A DNA stretch of 64,000 nt from an uncultured Gemmatimonadales bacterium (GTDB lineage: Bacteria; Gemmatimonadota; Gemmatimonadetes; Gemmatimonadales; GWC2-71-9). The stretch covers positions 256,001-320,000 of the forward strand of contig CAVOGR010000002.1 in NCBI GenBank assembly GCA_963695555.1, given 5' to 3'. The notes beneath the pieces were generated by a model, which was not told where the DNA came from, ran no database searches, and saw only the letters and a program-made list of their open reading frames with translations. Both the position numbers and the translations under genes were made by a program. Below are positions 49,011-57,770 of this stretch, in pieces (position 1 is the first letter of the stretch; the number at the start of each line of letters is the position of its first letter).

Positions 49011-50432
49011 CTAGTACCGGCCCAAGTAGTTGTCGATCTCCCATTGGCTCACCTGCAGGTTGTACTGCAGGATCTCGTCACGCTTTGCCTCGAGGAATCG
49101 TTCCGTCAGATGCGGTCCCAGCGCCTCGGTCATCACCTTGTCCTTGGCAAAGACATCCAAGGCCTCGTGCAAGTCGCGCGGCAGCTCGTCGATCTTGTAC
49201 TTCCGTCGATCCCGGTGACTCATGGTGAAGATGTTCCGATTGACCGGATCGCGGGCCTTGAGCTTGCGCTCGACGCCGTCGAGCCCGGCTGCCAGCTGCA
49301 CGGTGAGCGACAGATACGGATTGGCCGACGGGTCGGGCATCCGCAATTCGCAACGGGTGCCTTCGCCACGGCGGTCCGGGATACGCACGCAGGGCGACCG
49401 GTTCCGCATCGACCAGGCGACGTTGACCGGCGCCTCGTAGCCGGGCACCAGACGCTTGTAGCTGTTGATGAGCGGGTTGGTGATGGCCACGAAGGCGCGG
49501 GCGTGTTGGAGCAAGCCCTCGATGTAGCTCAACGCGATATCGGACAGCTCGTATTTGCCCTTCGGATCCCAGAACGCGTTCTTGCCACCCAGAAACAGCG
49601 ACTGGTGGGTGTGCATGCCGCTCCCGTTCTGCCCTCGAATGGGCTTCGGCATGAACGACGCGACCGAATCGTGACGGTGGGCCACATCGCGCACGACAAA
49701 CCGGAACGTCGTCAGGTTGTCAGCCGTGGTGAGCGCGTCGGCATACTTGAAATCGATCTCGTGCTGCCCCGGGGCCACCTCGTGGTGGGCGGCCTCGACC
49801 TCGAATCCCATGTGCTCGAGGTCCTTCACGATGATTCGCCGCAGCGCCTCGCCCTCATCTACCGGGGTGAGATCGAAGTACGCTCCGGAGTCGTGGGTTA
49901 CCGTCGTCGGCGCGCCGGTTGGGCTCTTGTCGAACAGGAAGAACTCGGCTTCACAGCCCGCCATCATCAAGAAGCCCAGCTTCTTGGCGCGTTCCACCTG
50001 CCGCTTGAGCGTCAGGCGCGGACACCCGGCAAAGGGCGACCCGTCAGGAAGGTGGATGTCACAGAGCAGTCGCGCGACCCGCCCGCCTTCGTCCTCGTAC
50101 GGCATGATCCGGTAGGTGTCGAGGTCGGGCTTCAGCAGCATGTCCGATTCCTCGATCCGCACAAATCCCTCGATCGAGGAGCCGTCGAACATGATCTCAC
50201 CATCCAAGGCCTTGCTGAATTGCGTTCTGGGAACCTCGACGTTCTTGCTGACGCCCAGGATATCGGTGAACTGCAGCCGGACGAAATCGACTTCGAACCG
50301 TTGCATCAGGTCCAAGATGTCCTGCTTGCTCGAGCCCGTCAGGTCGGTGGGGAAGCCATCGAGAATCGGGCGGCCCTTCCGCCCGGTTGCCACTCTGTGT
50401 TCCGATTCGGTACCACGTCCTTCGTGGGTCAT
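49011..50432 (-). CDS. glnA: Glutamine synthetase type I
   Basis: FDGSSIEG, HHEVAPGQHE, FMPKP...NGSGMHTH, NSYKRLVPGYEAP, ELRMPDPSANPY. Confidence 0.96.
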   Translation of the reverse strand: MTHEGRGTESEHRVATGRKGRPILDGFPTDLTGSSKQDILDLMQRFEVDFVRLQFTDILGVSKNVEVPRTQFSKALDGEIMFDGSSIEGFVRIEESDMLLKPDLDTYRIMPYEDEGGRVARLLCDIHLPDGSPFAGCPRLTLKRQVERAKKLGFLMMAGCEAEFFLFDKSPTGAPTTVTHDSGAYFDLTPVDEGEALRRIIVKDLEHMGFEVEAAHHEVAPGQHEIDFKYADALTTADNLTTFRFVVRDVAHRHDSVASFMPKPIRGQNGSGMHTHQSLFLGGKNAFWDPKGKYELSDIALSYIEGLLQHARAFVAITNPLINSYKRLVPGYEAPVNVAWSMRNRSPCVRIPDRRGEGTRCELRMPDPSANPYLSLTVQLAAGLDGVERKLKARDPVNRNIFTMSHRDRRKYKIDELPRDLHEALDVFAKDKVMTEALGPHLTERFLEAKRDEILQYNLQVSQWEIDNYLGRY

Positions 50433-50528
50433 CGCGGTCTCTGGGTAGGAGTTCTGAGGTTGGGCAGGGGGTGCTCCCCAGCCAAGCGGCAAAGATTAAT
50501 GGCGTACGTCAGCATTTGCAAATTATGC

Positions 50529-50543
50529 GCATTTTTGGTGCCA
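50529..50543 (-). promoter_or_regulatory. sigma54 promoter of glnA
   Basis: Minus strand TGGCACCAAAAATGC, GG-N10-GC; AT-rich flanks with several TGCA half-sites (NtrC-box-like). Confidence 0.7.
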
Positions 50544-50611
50544 CGGAAGCAAGAAATCGTGAATATGTGCAGAAGTGTGCATGGAAAAATGCGGGTAATG
50601 TAGAAATATTT

Positions 50612-50660
50612 GGTCGGTTAGGTCGGTAGGTCGGTAGGTCGGTAGGTCGGTAGGGCGGTT
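50612..50660. repeat. 8-bp tandem repeat
   Basis: GGTCGGTA x4 exact (50621-50652) plus degenerate flanking copies. Confidence 0.9.
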
Positions 50661-50739
50661 GGGCGGCCGGGAGAGACCGATAGCGGGGGGTGGGGCGCGG
50701 AGTGGTAGCCGATAGCGGGCTGGGTTGGGGGAGGGGGGT

Positions 50740-51015
50740 TTAGCCCAGGCTTTCCAGCACCCGCCACAGTTCGAGCGGGCTGAAATCGTTGAACCGGTTG
50801 ACGATCTCCTGCTCACTCCATTCGAGGAAGATCCACCCGGTGGTCCTCACGGCATCATCGGATAGGAAATGGAGCCGGCCTGCCACGGTGTCGCCGTGGT
50901 GCCGGGTTTCGAGATACACGCCCCAGGAGACGTCGCTGCGCGCCAAGTCTCCCAGGTGCCTCGCGGAGGGCACTTCCGACAGTTGGCCTGAGCTGGACAA
51001 ACGCGATGGCTCCAT
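50740..51015 (-). CDS. Hypothetical protein (91 aa)
   Basis: GGAG + ATG; globular-looking sequence WGVYLET...GRLHF...GWIFLE. Confidence 0.65.
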   Translation of the reverse strand: MEPSRLSSSGQLSEVPSARHLGDLARSDVSWGVYLETRHHGDTVAGRLHFLSDDAVRTTGWIFLEWSEQEIVNRFNDFSPLELWRVLESLG

Positions 51016-51224
51016 GCAGATCTCCCCAGAACACTGCCGGTCCGCTATCACGGTAATGAGTCCTGGCGAACAACGCCAGCGTTGGCGTTCTTCGCCGCTC
51101 TGATGGGTGTAGATTTCCGACTCGGACTCGACCCGCAGGGGCGGGTGGAGCCGGTCCGGGCACTCACAGTGGCCAGCCGAGGAGGGTTGGGCCGGGAGGC
51201 TACGATCCTGAACCCGTCGATTCC

Positions 51225-52067
51225 ATGACCCGAACAATACACGTCGCACACAGTCCGGACTCCGACGACGCTTTCATGTTCTTCGCCCTCACCGAGGGGA
51301 AGATCGACACCGGTGACCGGCGGTATGTGCATGAACTCTCCGATATCGAGTCGCTCAACGCCCGGGCGCTCCGAGGCGAGTTGGAGGTCTCGGCGGTTTC
51401 GATTCACGCGTATGCGTACATTGCCGATCGCTATGCACTGCTGGCAAGTGGCTGCTCCATGGGCGATGGGTATGGCCCTCGATTGGTTTCGCGGCAAGCC
51501 AAGCCCGAGGATCCGGTGGCCGCGCTCTGCGGACTGCGAGTGGCCGTGCCGGGCAAGCTCACCACTGCCTATCTCGCGCTGAAGCTCTTTCAACCGGACG
51601 TGGTCGAGGTTGTGCTTCCGTTCGACCAAATCGAAGCAGCGGTCCGCGACGGGACCGTTGATGTGGGCCTGGTGATCCATGAAGGCCAGCTCACCTACGC
51701 GGACGAGGGATTCACCCTCTGGGGCGACCTCGGCGCTTGGTGGCTAAGCGAGACGGGGCTCCCGCTCCCGCTTGGAGGCAACGTCGTCCGGCGAGACCTC
51801 GGCCCGGAATTGGTGGCCCTCATTGCCGCCGATCTTCGCCGCAGCATTGAATTTGGGCTCGCACATCGCCAGACCGCCCTCGCATATGCCAAGCGTTTCA
51901 ACCGGGGAATCGGGGATGACCGGACCGACACCTTCGTGGGTATGTATGTCAATGAATGGACGGTCGATTACGGGCCACGGGGAAGGGAGGCCGTACGCTT
52001 GCTGCTCGGGCGCGGCACGGAATCCGGCATCATCCCTGCAGCAGTAGAGGTGACTTTCGCTGGGTAA
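51225..52067 (+). CDS. mqnD: Futalosine-pathway 1,4-dihydroxy-6-naphthoate synthase (MqnA/MqnD family)
   Basis: HSPDSDDAFMF, GYGP, PGKLTTA, IHEGQLTY, LPLPLGG, MYVN. Confidence 0.85.
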   Translation: MTRTIHVAHSPDSDDAFMFFALTEGKIDTGDRRYVHELSDIESLNARALRGELEVSAVSIHAYAYIADRYALLASGCSMGDGYGPRLVSRQAKPEDPVAALCGLRVAVPGKLTTAYLALKLFQPDVVEVVLPFDQIEAAVRDGTVDVGLVIHEGQLTYADEGFTLWGDLGAWWLSETGLPLPLGGNVVRRDLGPELVALIAADLRRSIEFGLAHRQTALAYAKRFNRGIGDDRTDTFVGMYVNEWTVDYGPRGREAVRLLLGRGTESGIIPAAVEVTFAG

Positions 52068-52221
52068 TGGGGGCCTAGGGCACCCGGGAGACCCTCCCAC
52101 AAGGGCCCTGGAGTGGCTGAGGCCGCCTGCCGTGGCGGTTCTGTGACTGACCTTGGCCGCCCGTCGTGGGCCGGAAATGGGTTCCGGCACCGGAAGCAAG
52201 ACCGAACACTGAGGAGATCCC

Positions 52222-53268
52222 GTGTCCGACAATGACGGGGCGCTGACCTTGTTGGTCGTGGATGACGAGGAGTCGATTCGAAGTGCGTTGCATCGATTCC
52301 TCTCCCAGCAGGGGTATCGGGTTCTCACCGCCGAGTCCGGCGAGGAGGCCCTGGAAATCCTCGCGCAGGAATCGATCGACGCCGCGTTGCTCGACGTCCG
52401 ACTCCCGGGCATCAGCGGCATCGACCTCGTGCCCAGGGTTGTTGAGGCCGGGCCGCATATTGCCATTCTCATGTTGACCGCGGTCAATGACGCAACCACC
52501 GCCAGTCTGTGCATGCAGCGTGGGGCGATGGAGTATCTCACCAAGCCGATCGACCTCAAGGATCTCGATCGGGCGATCCGGCGAGCGCTCCAGCGCCGTG
52601 AATCGTCGCGCCAGTCGAGCGAGCTCAGCGAATTTTTCCGAGAAGAGGGCGCGCGCCGCACCTCGGAGTTGGAGCGGGTCTCCGTGGCGACGCTCGAGGT
52701 GCTCGTGAACGCCCTCGAGGCCAAGGATTCGTACTCCCGCGGGCACTCGGCCCGCGTGGCCGATCTGTCGGCCATGGTCGCCGCCGAGCTGGGGCTGGCC
52801 GATGAAGAGGTCGAGCGGGTCCGTACGGCCGGGCGGCTCCACGACATCGGAAAGATCGGTGTCCGGGAAGACATCTTCCTCAAACAGGGGCCGCTCACCA
52901 AACATGAATACGAGCTCGTCAAGCAGCATGTCGTGATCGGATCACAGATCCTCGCCCCGCTGGCCCATCTCCAGGACATCTCCGATTCCGTCCTCCATCA
53001 TCACGAACGCTGGGACGGCAGCGGGTACCCGGACGGGATCAATGGGGAGAACATCCCGTTGGGCGCCCGCATCATCGGGGCCGTGGAAATCTTCGATGCG
53101 CTTACGACCTCCCGGCCGTACCAAGAGAAGATGTCCACGGAATTTGCGATCGAGCGGCTGCGCGATCTCATGGGCACCGCGGTGGAGCCTCGGATCTACT
53201 TGGCCCTCGAAGCCGTGGTGGGACGCCGCCGGACGCTGGTGTTTCTCGAAGATGACGGGAGGGGTTAG
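52222..53268 (+). CDS. Response regulator with HD-GYP cyclic-dinucleotide phosphodiesterase domain (RxxQ variant)
   Basis: REC (VDDE, LLDVRLPG, KP); GHSARV, LHDIGK, HHERWDGSGYP, FDALTTSRPYQ. Confidence 0.93.
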   Translation: MSDNDGALTLLVVDDEESIRSALHRFLSQQGYRVLTAESGEEALEILAQESIDAALLDVRLPGISGIDLVPRVVEAGPHIAILMLTAVNDATTASLCMQRGAMEYLTKPIDLKDLDRAIRRALQRRESSRQSSELSEFFREEGARRTSELERVSVATLEVLVNALEAKDSYSRGHSARVADLSAMVAAELGLADEEVERVRTAGRLHDIGKIGVREDIFLKQGPLTKHEYELVKQHVVIGSQILAPLAHLQDISDSVLHHHERWDGSGYPDGINGENIPLGARIIGAVEIFDALTTSRPYQEKMSTEFAIERLRDLMGTAVEPRIYLALEAVVGRRRTLVFLEDDGRG

Positions 53269-53301
53269 CAGCTACCGCCCTGTACCCACCGGCCCCGGCT
53301 C

Positions 53302-54348
53302 GTGAAGTCTGACCGCAGCAGGGTCCGGATTCTGATCGCGGACGACGATCATGCCATTGTCCGCCTGATGTCGTTGGCCCTCACGCGCAACGGGTTCTCC
53401 ACGCCACTCGAAGTCTCCACCGGTCAGGCCGCGCTTGCCACCGCGGACCAGGCAGACATTCTGCTGCTGGACTACCAGCTTCCGGATCTCTCCGGTGTCG
53501 ACGTTCTCGAGCAGCTTCAGCACAACCCTCACGCTCCATCGGTGGTGCTCGTGACCGCGCATGGCGGCGAGCAAGTCGCCGCCAGAGCCCTCCGCCTCGG
53601 CGCCGAGGATTACCTCACCAAGGACACCGCCCTGGCAGACCTGCTCCCCGAAGTGGTCGAGCGGGTGCGGCGCACCCGAGCCCTTCGGACCGCTCTCGCC
53701 GACGCCGAGCGCGAGCTGATGCTCGCAGCCCGCCGCGAGGCAATCGGTGAGATGACGGTGACCCTGCACCACGAGATCAACAACCCGCTCATGACGGCGT
53801 TTGCCGAGGTCTCGATCCTGCTGTCGGACGATCAGCTACCGGCGCACTATCGCGCCGGCCTCGAGGAGCTGAAGGCGGCGCTCGAGCGCATTCGAGACAT
53901 CATGCAGCGGGCAGGAGACTTACAAGCGGCAGAGGCGGTCGAGTACGTGCACGGGATTTCCATGATGGACCTGTCGGCCCTCCCCGAATCATCCCACACG
54001 CTCGGAAACGCGGTGGTGTACCTCGAGAGTCCGTCCCTCGCCCGGATCGCGGAGCTCCTCATCCGCCGGGCAGGCTACACCGTCGACCGGGTTGGCTCCG
54101 TCGAACAGCTTGCGGAACGCGCGAGCGACGGAAGCGCCGCAGTCGTTGTGGTGGCGGATGCGACCTGGAACGAGGGAGGTACCTGGCTCGGTCGCCAGCG
54201 AGAAAGCAACCGGAACTGCCGGGTGGTGGTGCTCACGGCGGACGACGGTCGGCTGGTGCGCGAAGCCGGGGCCGATGCGGTGTTCTCTCTCCCCTTTGAT
54301 CCGGCTGTGTTCGTCGAGCAGCTCGCCGGCTTCGGCCAGGCTCCCTAG
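53302..54348 (+). CDS. REC-HisKA-degenerate REC protein lacking an HATPase domain
   Basis: ADDD/LLDYQLPD receiver, H-box TLHHEINNPL, C-terminal receiver-like ...AGADAVFSLPFD; no N/G1/F/G2 boxes. Confidence 0.8.
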   Translation: MKSDRSRVRILIADDDHAIVRLMSLALTRNGFSTPLEVSTGQAALATADQADILLLDYQLPDLSGVDVLEQLQHNPHAPSVVLVTAHGGEQVAARALRLGAEDYLTKDTALADLLPEVVERVRRTRALRTALADAERELMLAARREAIGEMTVTLHHEINNPLMTAFAEVSILLSDDQLPAHYRAGLEELKAALERIRDIMQRAGDLQAAEAVEYVHGISMMDLSALPESSHTLGNAVVYLESPSLARIAELLIRRAGYTVDRVGSVEQLAERASDGSAAVVVVADATWNEGGTWLGRQRESNRNCRVVVLTADDGRLVREAGADAVFSLPFDPAVFVEQLAGFGQAP

Positions 54349-55394
54349 ACGGGAGGGCCGGCTGGGGGCATAGAACGTTCGGGTGCCCTACCCTGTTTTG
54401 CAAACTGATACGACATTCCTTTGAGCCGGGCGATCCGTTGCCGGATGGGCGGGTGCGAGGCAAGGACGTCCCCCACGAATCCCTCGCGGGCGGCGATGCG
54501 ACGCTCCGCCGGGTCCACGATGCACAGATGCGCCGCTCCCCGCCTGATCGAGGCCGTCGCCCCGGATGCCGCGTCGAGCTTCTCCAGGGCCGACGCGAGG
54601 GCCCCGGGATTGCGAGTGAACTGGGCGCCCGTTGCATCGGCCAGGAACTCGCGCTTGCGGCTGACGGTCATCGCCATGAGGCGAGAGACGATCGGTGCCA
54701 CGATGAGCGTCAGCACCCACGCAATCAGTATGGCAATGGCGAGCGGATTGCCGCCGCGGCGGCCGCCGCCCTTTCCTAATGTCCGGGGCATGCGGCCAGA
54801 CCCTTGAAACACGCGGCCGAGGCCGTCCGATAACAGGGCGATCGCGCCCACCATGGCGGCCAGCACGGTCATGAGGCGGACGTCGAGGTTTCGGATGTGC
54901 GCCATCTCGTGGGCCACGACGCTCTGCAACTCCTCTCGGCTGAGCACGTCGAGCAGGCCTTGGGTCACGGCGATATGCGCGTGGCTCACATCGATGCCCG
55001 TCGCGAAGGCATTGGGGTCGGGGTCCGGCACGATCCACACGGTTGGCTTCGGGACGCCGGACGCGATGCTCATCTCCTCGACCACATTCGCCAGTTGTCG
55101 TTGCTCGAAGGTCACCGGCGTCACCAATTCCCACGCCCCGCTCGACCAGAGCACGCGCTTGGGCCCCTGACGCCACGAGAACCATGCGAGGCTGCCGGCC
55201 GCGAGCGTTGCCACGATCCCAATGATCGGCACCGTGTGGCGGTAGGCGCCGGGAGCGGCATGTTCGGTCAGGAGATAGAGGCCGAGGTCGCCGCCAAACC
55301 CGATCCACGCAAAAAACACGACGAAGCCTGCAACGAGTAGCGTCGTGGTCCGGCGGTTTGCTGCCTGTTGGCTGAAGAGATCCTGCGCCGTCAC
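54345..55394 (-). CDS. htpX: M48 family zinc metalloprotease (HtpX-like)
   Basis: PNAFATG, VAHEMAH, SRKREFLAD, SHPP; follows lemA. Confidence 0.88.
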   Translation of the reverse strand: MTAQDLFSQQAANRRTTTLLVAGFVVFFAWIGFGGDLGLYLLTEHAAPGAYRHTVPIIGIVATLAAGSLAWFSWRQGPKRVLWSSGAWELVTPVTFEQRQLANVVEEMSIASGVPKPTVWIVPDPDPNAFATGIDVSHAHIAVTQGLLDVLSREELQSVVAHEMAHIRNLDVRLMTVLAAMVGAIALLSDGLGRVFQGSGRMPRTLGKGGGRRGGNPLAIAILIAWVLTLIVAPIVSRLMAMTVSRKREFLADATGAQFTRNPGALASALEKLDAASGATASIRRGAAHLCIVDPAERRIAAREGFVGDVLASHPPIRQRIARLKGMSYQFAKQGRAPERSMPPAGPPV

Positions 55395-55963
55395 GCAGAG
55401 GGCTTTTTCATCGACAGGTCGACGGCAGGAACAGCCCGCTCGCCTGCATCTTCGATCTCCCAGAGGTCTGCGGGCACGGCCTTCGCCAAACCTGCCACCA
55501 GGTTGGCCGGAAACTGCATTTGCTTGGTGTTGTATTGTGTGGCAACGTCGTTATACAGCTGGCGCGCAAAGCCGATCTTGTTTTCCGTTGTCGTCAGCTC
55601 TTCCTGCAATTGGGTGATGTTGGCTGTGGCCTTGAGATCGGGATACGCTTCCACCAACGCGAAGAGCTTGCCCAGCGCCTGTGTGAGCATCCCCTCGGCT
55701 TGCGCAACCTCCTTGACGCCAGAGGCACCGACGGCGCGCGAGCGCGCGGCAATGACCGCCTCCATGGTCTCCCGCTCGAAGTCCATGGCCCCCTTCACCG
55801 CGTTGACCAGATTCGGAATCAGGTCGTGCCGCCGTTTGAGCTGGACGTCGATCTGCTTCCATCCGTTGAGAACCTGGTTCTTGAGCGCGATCAGGCCGTT
55901 ATAGGTCGCAATGAGCCACAGAATGACGGCTGCGATCAGCACCAAGAAGAGGACGGTCCACAT
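55391..55963 (-). CDS. lemA: LemA family protein
   Basis: QIDVQLKRRHDLIPNLV, EAYPDLKA, ENKIGFARQLYN, FPANLVA. Confidence 0.95.
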   Translation of the reverse strand: MWTVLFLVLIAAVILWLIATYNGLIALKNQVLNGWKQIDVQLKRRHDLIPNLVNAVKGAMDFERETMEAVIAARSRAVGASGVKEVAQAEGMLTQALGKLFALVEAYPDLKATANITQLQEELTTTENKIGFARQLYNDVATQYNTKQMQFPANLVAGLAKAVPADLWEIEDAGERAVPAVDLSMKKPSA

Positions 55964-56005
55964 GGCTATCTCACTTTGTTGAGGTAAGCGCGCTCGGCTA
56001 CCGGT

Positions 56006-56632
56006 TCATTCCTTCCCGACGTCCGAGAGGAGCCGACGGAGGGTAGCCGCTAATTCGTCGTCGCTCCATCGCCCCCGAAGGAAGGGGTGTCCCGCATCGA
56101 TCAGCAATTCACAGCCCTGCGCGATCGAGATGCGCCGCACCAGCGACGCGGCAGGTTCTGCCGACGGGTTCGCAGACCCGGAACTACGCGGCGGGTCGGG
56201 AGTAGCCGGCACCCTGCGACGAGTCCAGCCAAGGGCTTCGGGATCCGGAAGCCTGGGGCCGAGGGCAGCGGCAACTCGCCGCTCAACCACGTCGCCGGCG
56301 AGACCGGTCAGCTCCTGCCGAATGGTATCCAAGGTCGCACCTTCCATCTGCCGCAACTTAATGGCTAACACCTGCAGCAGGTGCCGGTACATGTAGATGG
56401 CAGATGTGCCGCGCCCCTCGGGCGGGGAGACCAGCCCGCGCGAAATATAGAATCGAATGGTCCGGTCGCTCGGTACGGCGCGCGCAACCGCATTCACCGG
56501 ATAGACGTCGGAGGCACGGAGAATGGCGCCGGCCAAGGCCGACAATTCCCGCAGGTTCCAGGGCGCCAACGCACGATAGGCCCACAGGGTCTTCAATGGG
56601 CCACCGGTCGTAGGAGCAGGCGTCGCGGTCAT
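56006..56632 (-). CDS. MerR-type HTH protein
   Basis: RTIRFYISRGLVSPP...Y...HLLQVLAIKLRQMEGATLDTI. Confidence 0.8.
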   Translation of the reverse strand: MTATPAPTTGGPLKTLWAYRALAPWNLRELSALAGAILRASDVYPVNAVARAVPSDRTIRFYISRGLVSPPEGRGTSAIYMYRHLLQVLAIKLRQMEGATLDTIRQELTGLAGDVVERRVAAALGPRLPDPEALGWTRRRVPATPDPPRSSGSANPSAEPAASLVRRISIAQGCELLIDAGHPFLRGRWSDDELAATLRRLLSDVGKE

Positions 56633-56850
56633 TGACGCCCCTAGCGAGGGGGCGGGAGACGCGCGGGTTTCCGGCCTGGCTGCGGCATGCGGGTGGCTCC
56701 AGCGTGGCGAATACATGGGTCGATGCTGACGGCTCCGGAGAGTATGCTCCGGTGCGGCGCGTCCGGCAAGATGCCGACGCACGCGATTTCCTGACCGGTG
56801 GCGGGCCATTGCGATGATGCTCTTCAGCCGCGCCAAGCGCACCTTTCGTC

Positions 56851-57282
56851 ATGCAACACGGCATGACCCTTCCCGAGCTGATGCTCGGCATCGCGCTGCT
56901 TGCTCTCCTGACAGCCATCGCGATTCCGAAATACCAAGAAACCCTCGATCGCGTGGCCGTCGATCGGTCGGCGTATGCATTGGTTGCCGCCCACCACCGC
57001 GCCCGAATTGCGGCCATTCTCGAGAGCCAACCGTCACTGCTTCAATTCACGCCCGATTCTCTCGTTATCCGCATCCGCCGCGGGGCCGGGAACTCACTCT
57101 ATTGGAACGGTCCGGGTCCCGCCGCTCGGAGGGTCCAGCTGACCGGGCCAGGCAAGGCAGTGGTGTTCAGCCCAACAGGCCTCACCATGGGGTTTGCGAA
57201 TGGCACCTGGGTGCTGCGGAGAGGGCAGGCCTATCGGCGGGTGGTCACGTCCAGGCTCGGCCGTGCCCGGATTCTGCGCTAG
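56851..57282 (+). CDS. FimT/GspH-like pseudopilin
   Basis: HGMTLPELMLGIALL prepilin motif, FSPTG, NGT, SRLGR. Confidence 0.85.
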   Translation: MQHGMTLPELMLGIALLALLTAIAIPKYQETLDRVAVDRSAYALVAAHHRARIAAILESQPSLLQFTPDSLVIRIRRGAGNSLYWNGPGPAARRVQLTGPGKAVVFSPTGLTMGFANGTWVLRRGQAYRRVVTSRLGRARILR

Positions 57283-57299
57283 ACGGACACGACCCGGAC

Positions 57300-57695
57300 T
57301 CAGCGCGGAGAGTTCCGGGCGGGCGGCTCGATCCCATATCGCCGGATCTTGTTGAGCAGGGTCGACCGAGAGATCCCGAGCAGGAGCGCCGCTTGTCGAC
57401 GGTTGCCCCCCGTGTGGTCCAACATCGCCGCGATATGCCGTCGCTCGACCGCATCCAGGGGTTCCACACCCGGCGGGGCGGCGGGAGCCAGGGCCTGCCT
57501 GAGGCGGGGCAAGTCGAGGCCTGGATCGTGAAGGTCGATCGCGAGAATGTCGGGTGCGCCGCCAGGCATCGGACTGGCAGCGTCGCCGAGCCGATCTATC
57601 CCCACTGCTCGATACCCTGCCTGACGCAGAGCCGCCACCAACGACGCGCGACGTGACGCGTCGGGCCCAACGACAACGATCTCGAGCGCGGTCAT
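57300..57695 (-). CDS. Fis-type HTH protein with a degenerate receiver-like N-terminus
   Basis: LDAVERRHI...TGGNRRQAALLLGISRSTLLNKIRRYGI; no AAA+ domain. Confidence 0.85.
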   Translation of the reverse strand: MTALEIVVVGPDASRRASLVAALRQAGYRAVGIDRLGDAASPMPGGAPDILAIDLHDPGLDLPRLRQALAPAAPPGVEPLDAVERRHIAAMLDHTGGNRRQAALLLGISRSTLLNKIRRYGIEPPARNSPR

Positions 57696-57770
57696 CTGCT
57701 GAAGCTAGCGGCCGTTCAGGCTCGGAGCCACCCGGCCGGCGCCCATCAGCAGGTATTAGCTTTCGACTAT

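Noticed and set aside
49044..50603. Long alternative-frame ORFs (e.g. 49044..50603, 46703..48205, 40246..41739, 41393..42712, 16552..17778)
   Set aside because: Shadow ORFs overlapping well-supported genes, as expected in high-GC DNA; no recognisable motifs
56798..56812. TGGCGGGCCATTGC as a sigma54 promoter for the pseudopilin
   Set aside because: GG-to-GC spacing is 9, not 10
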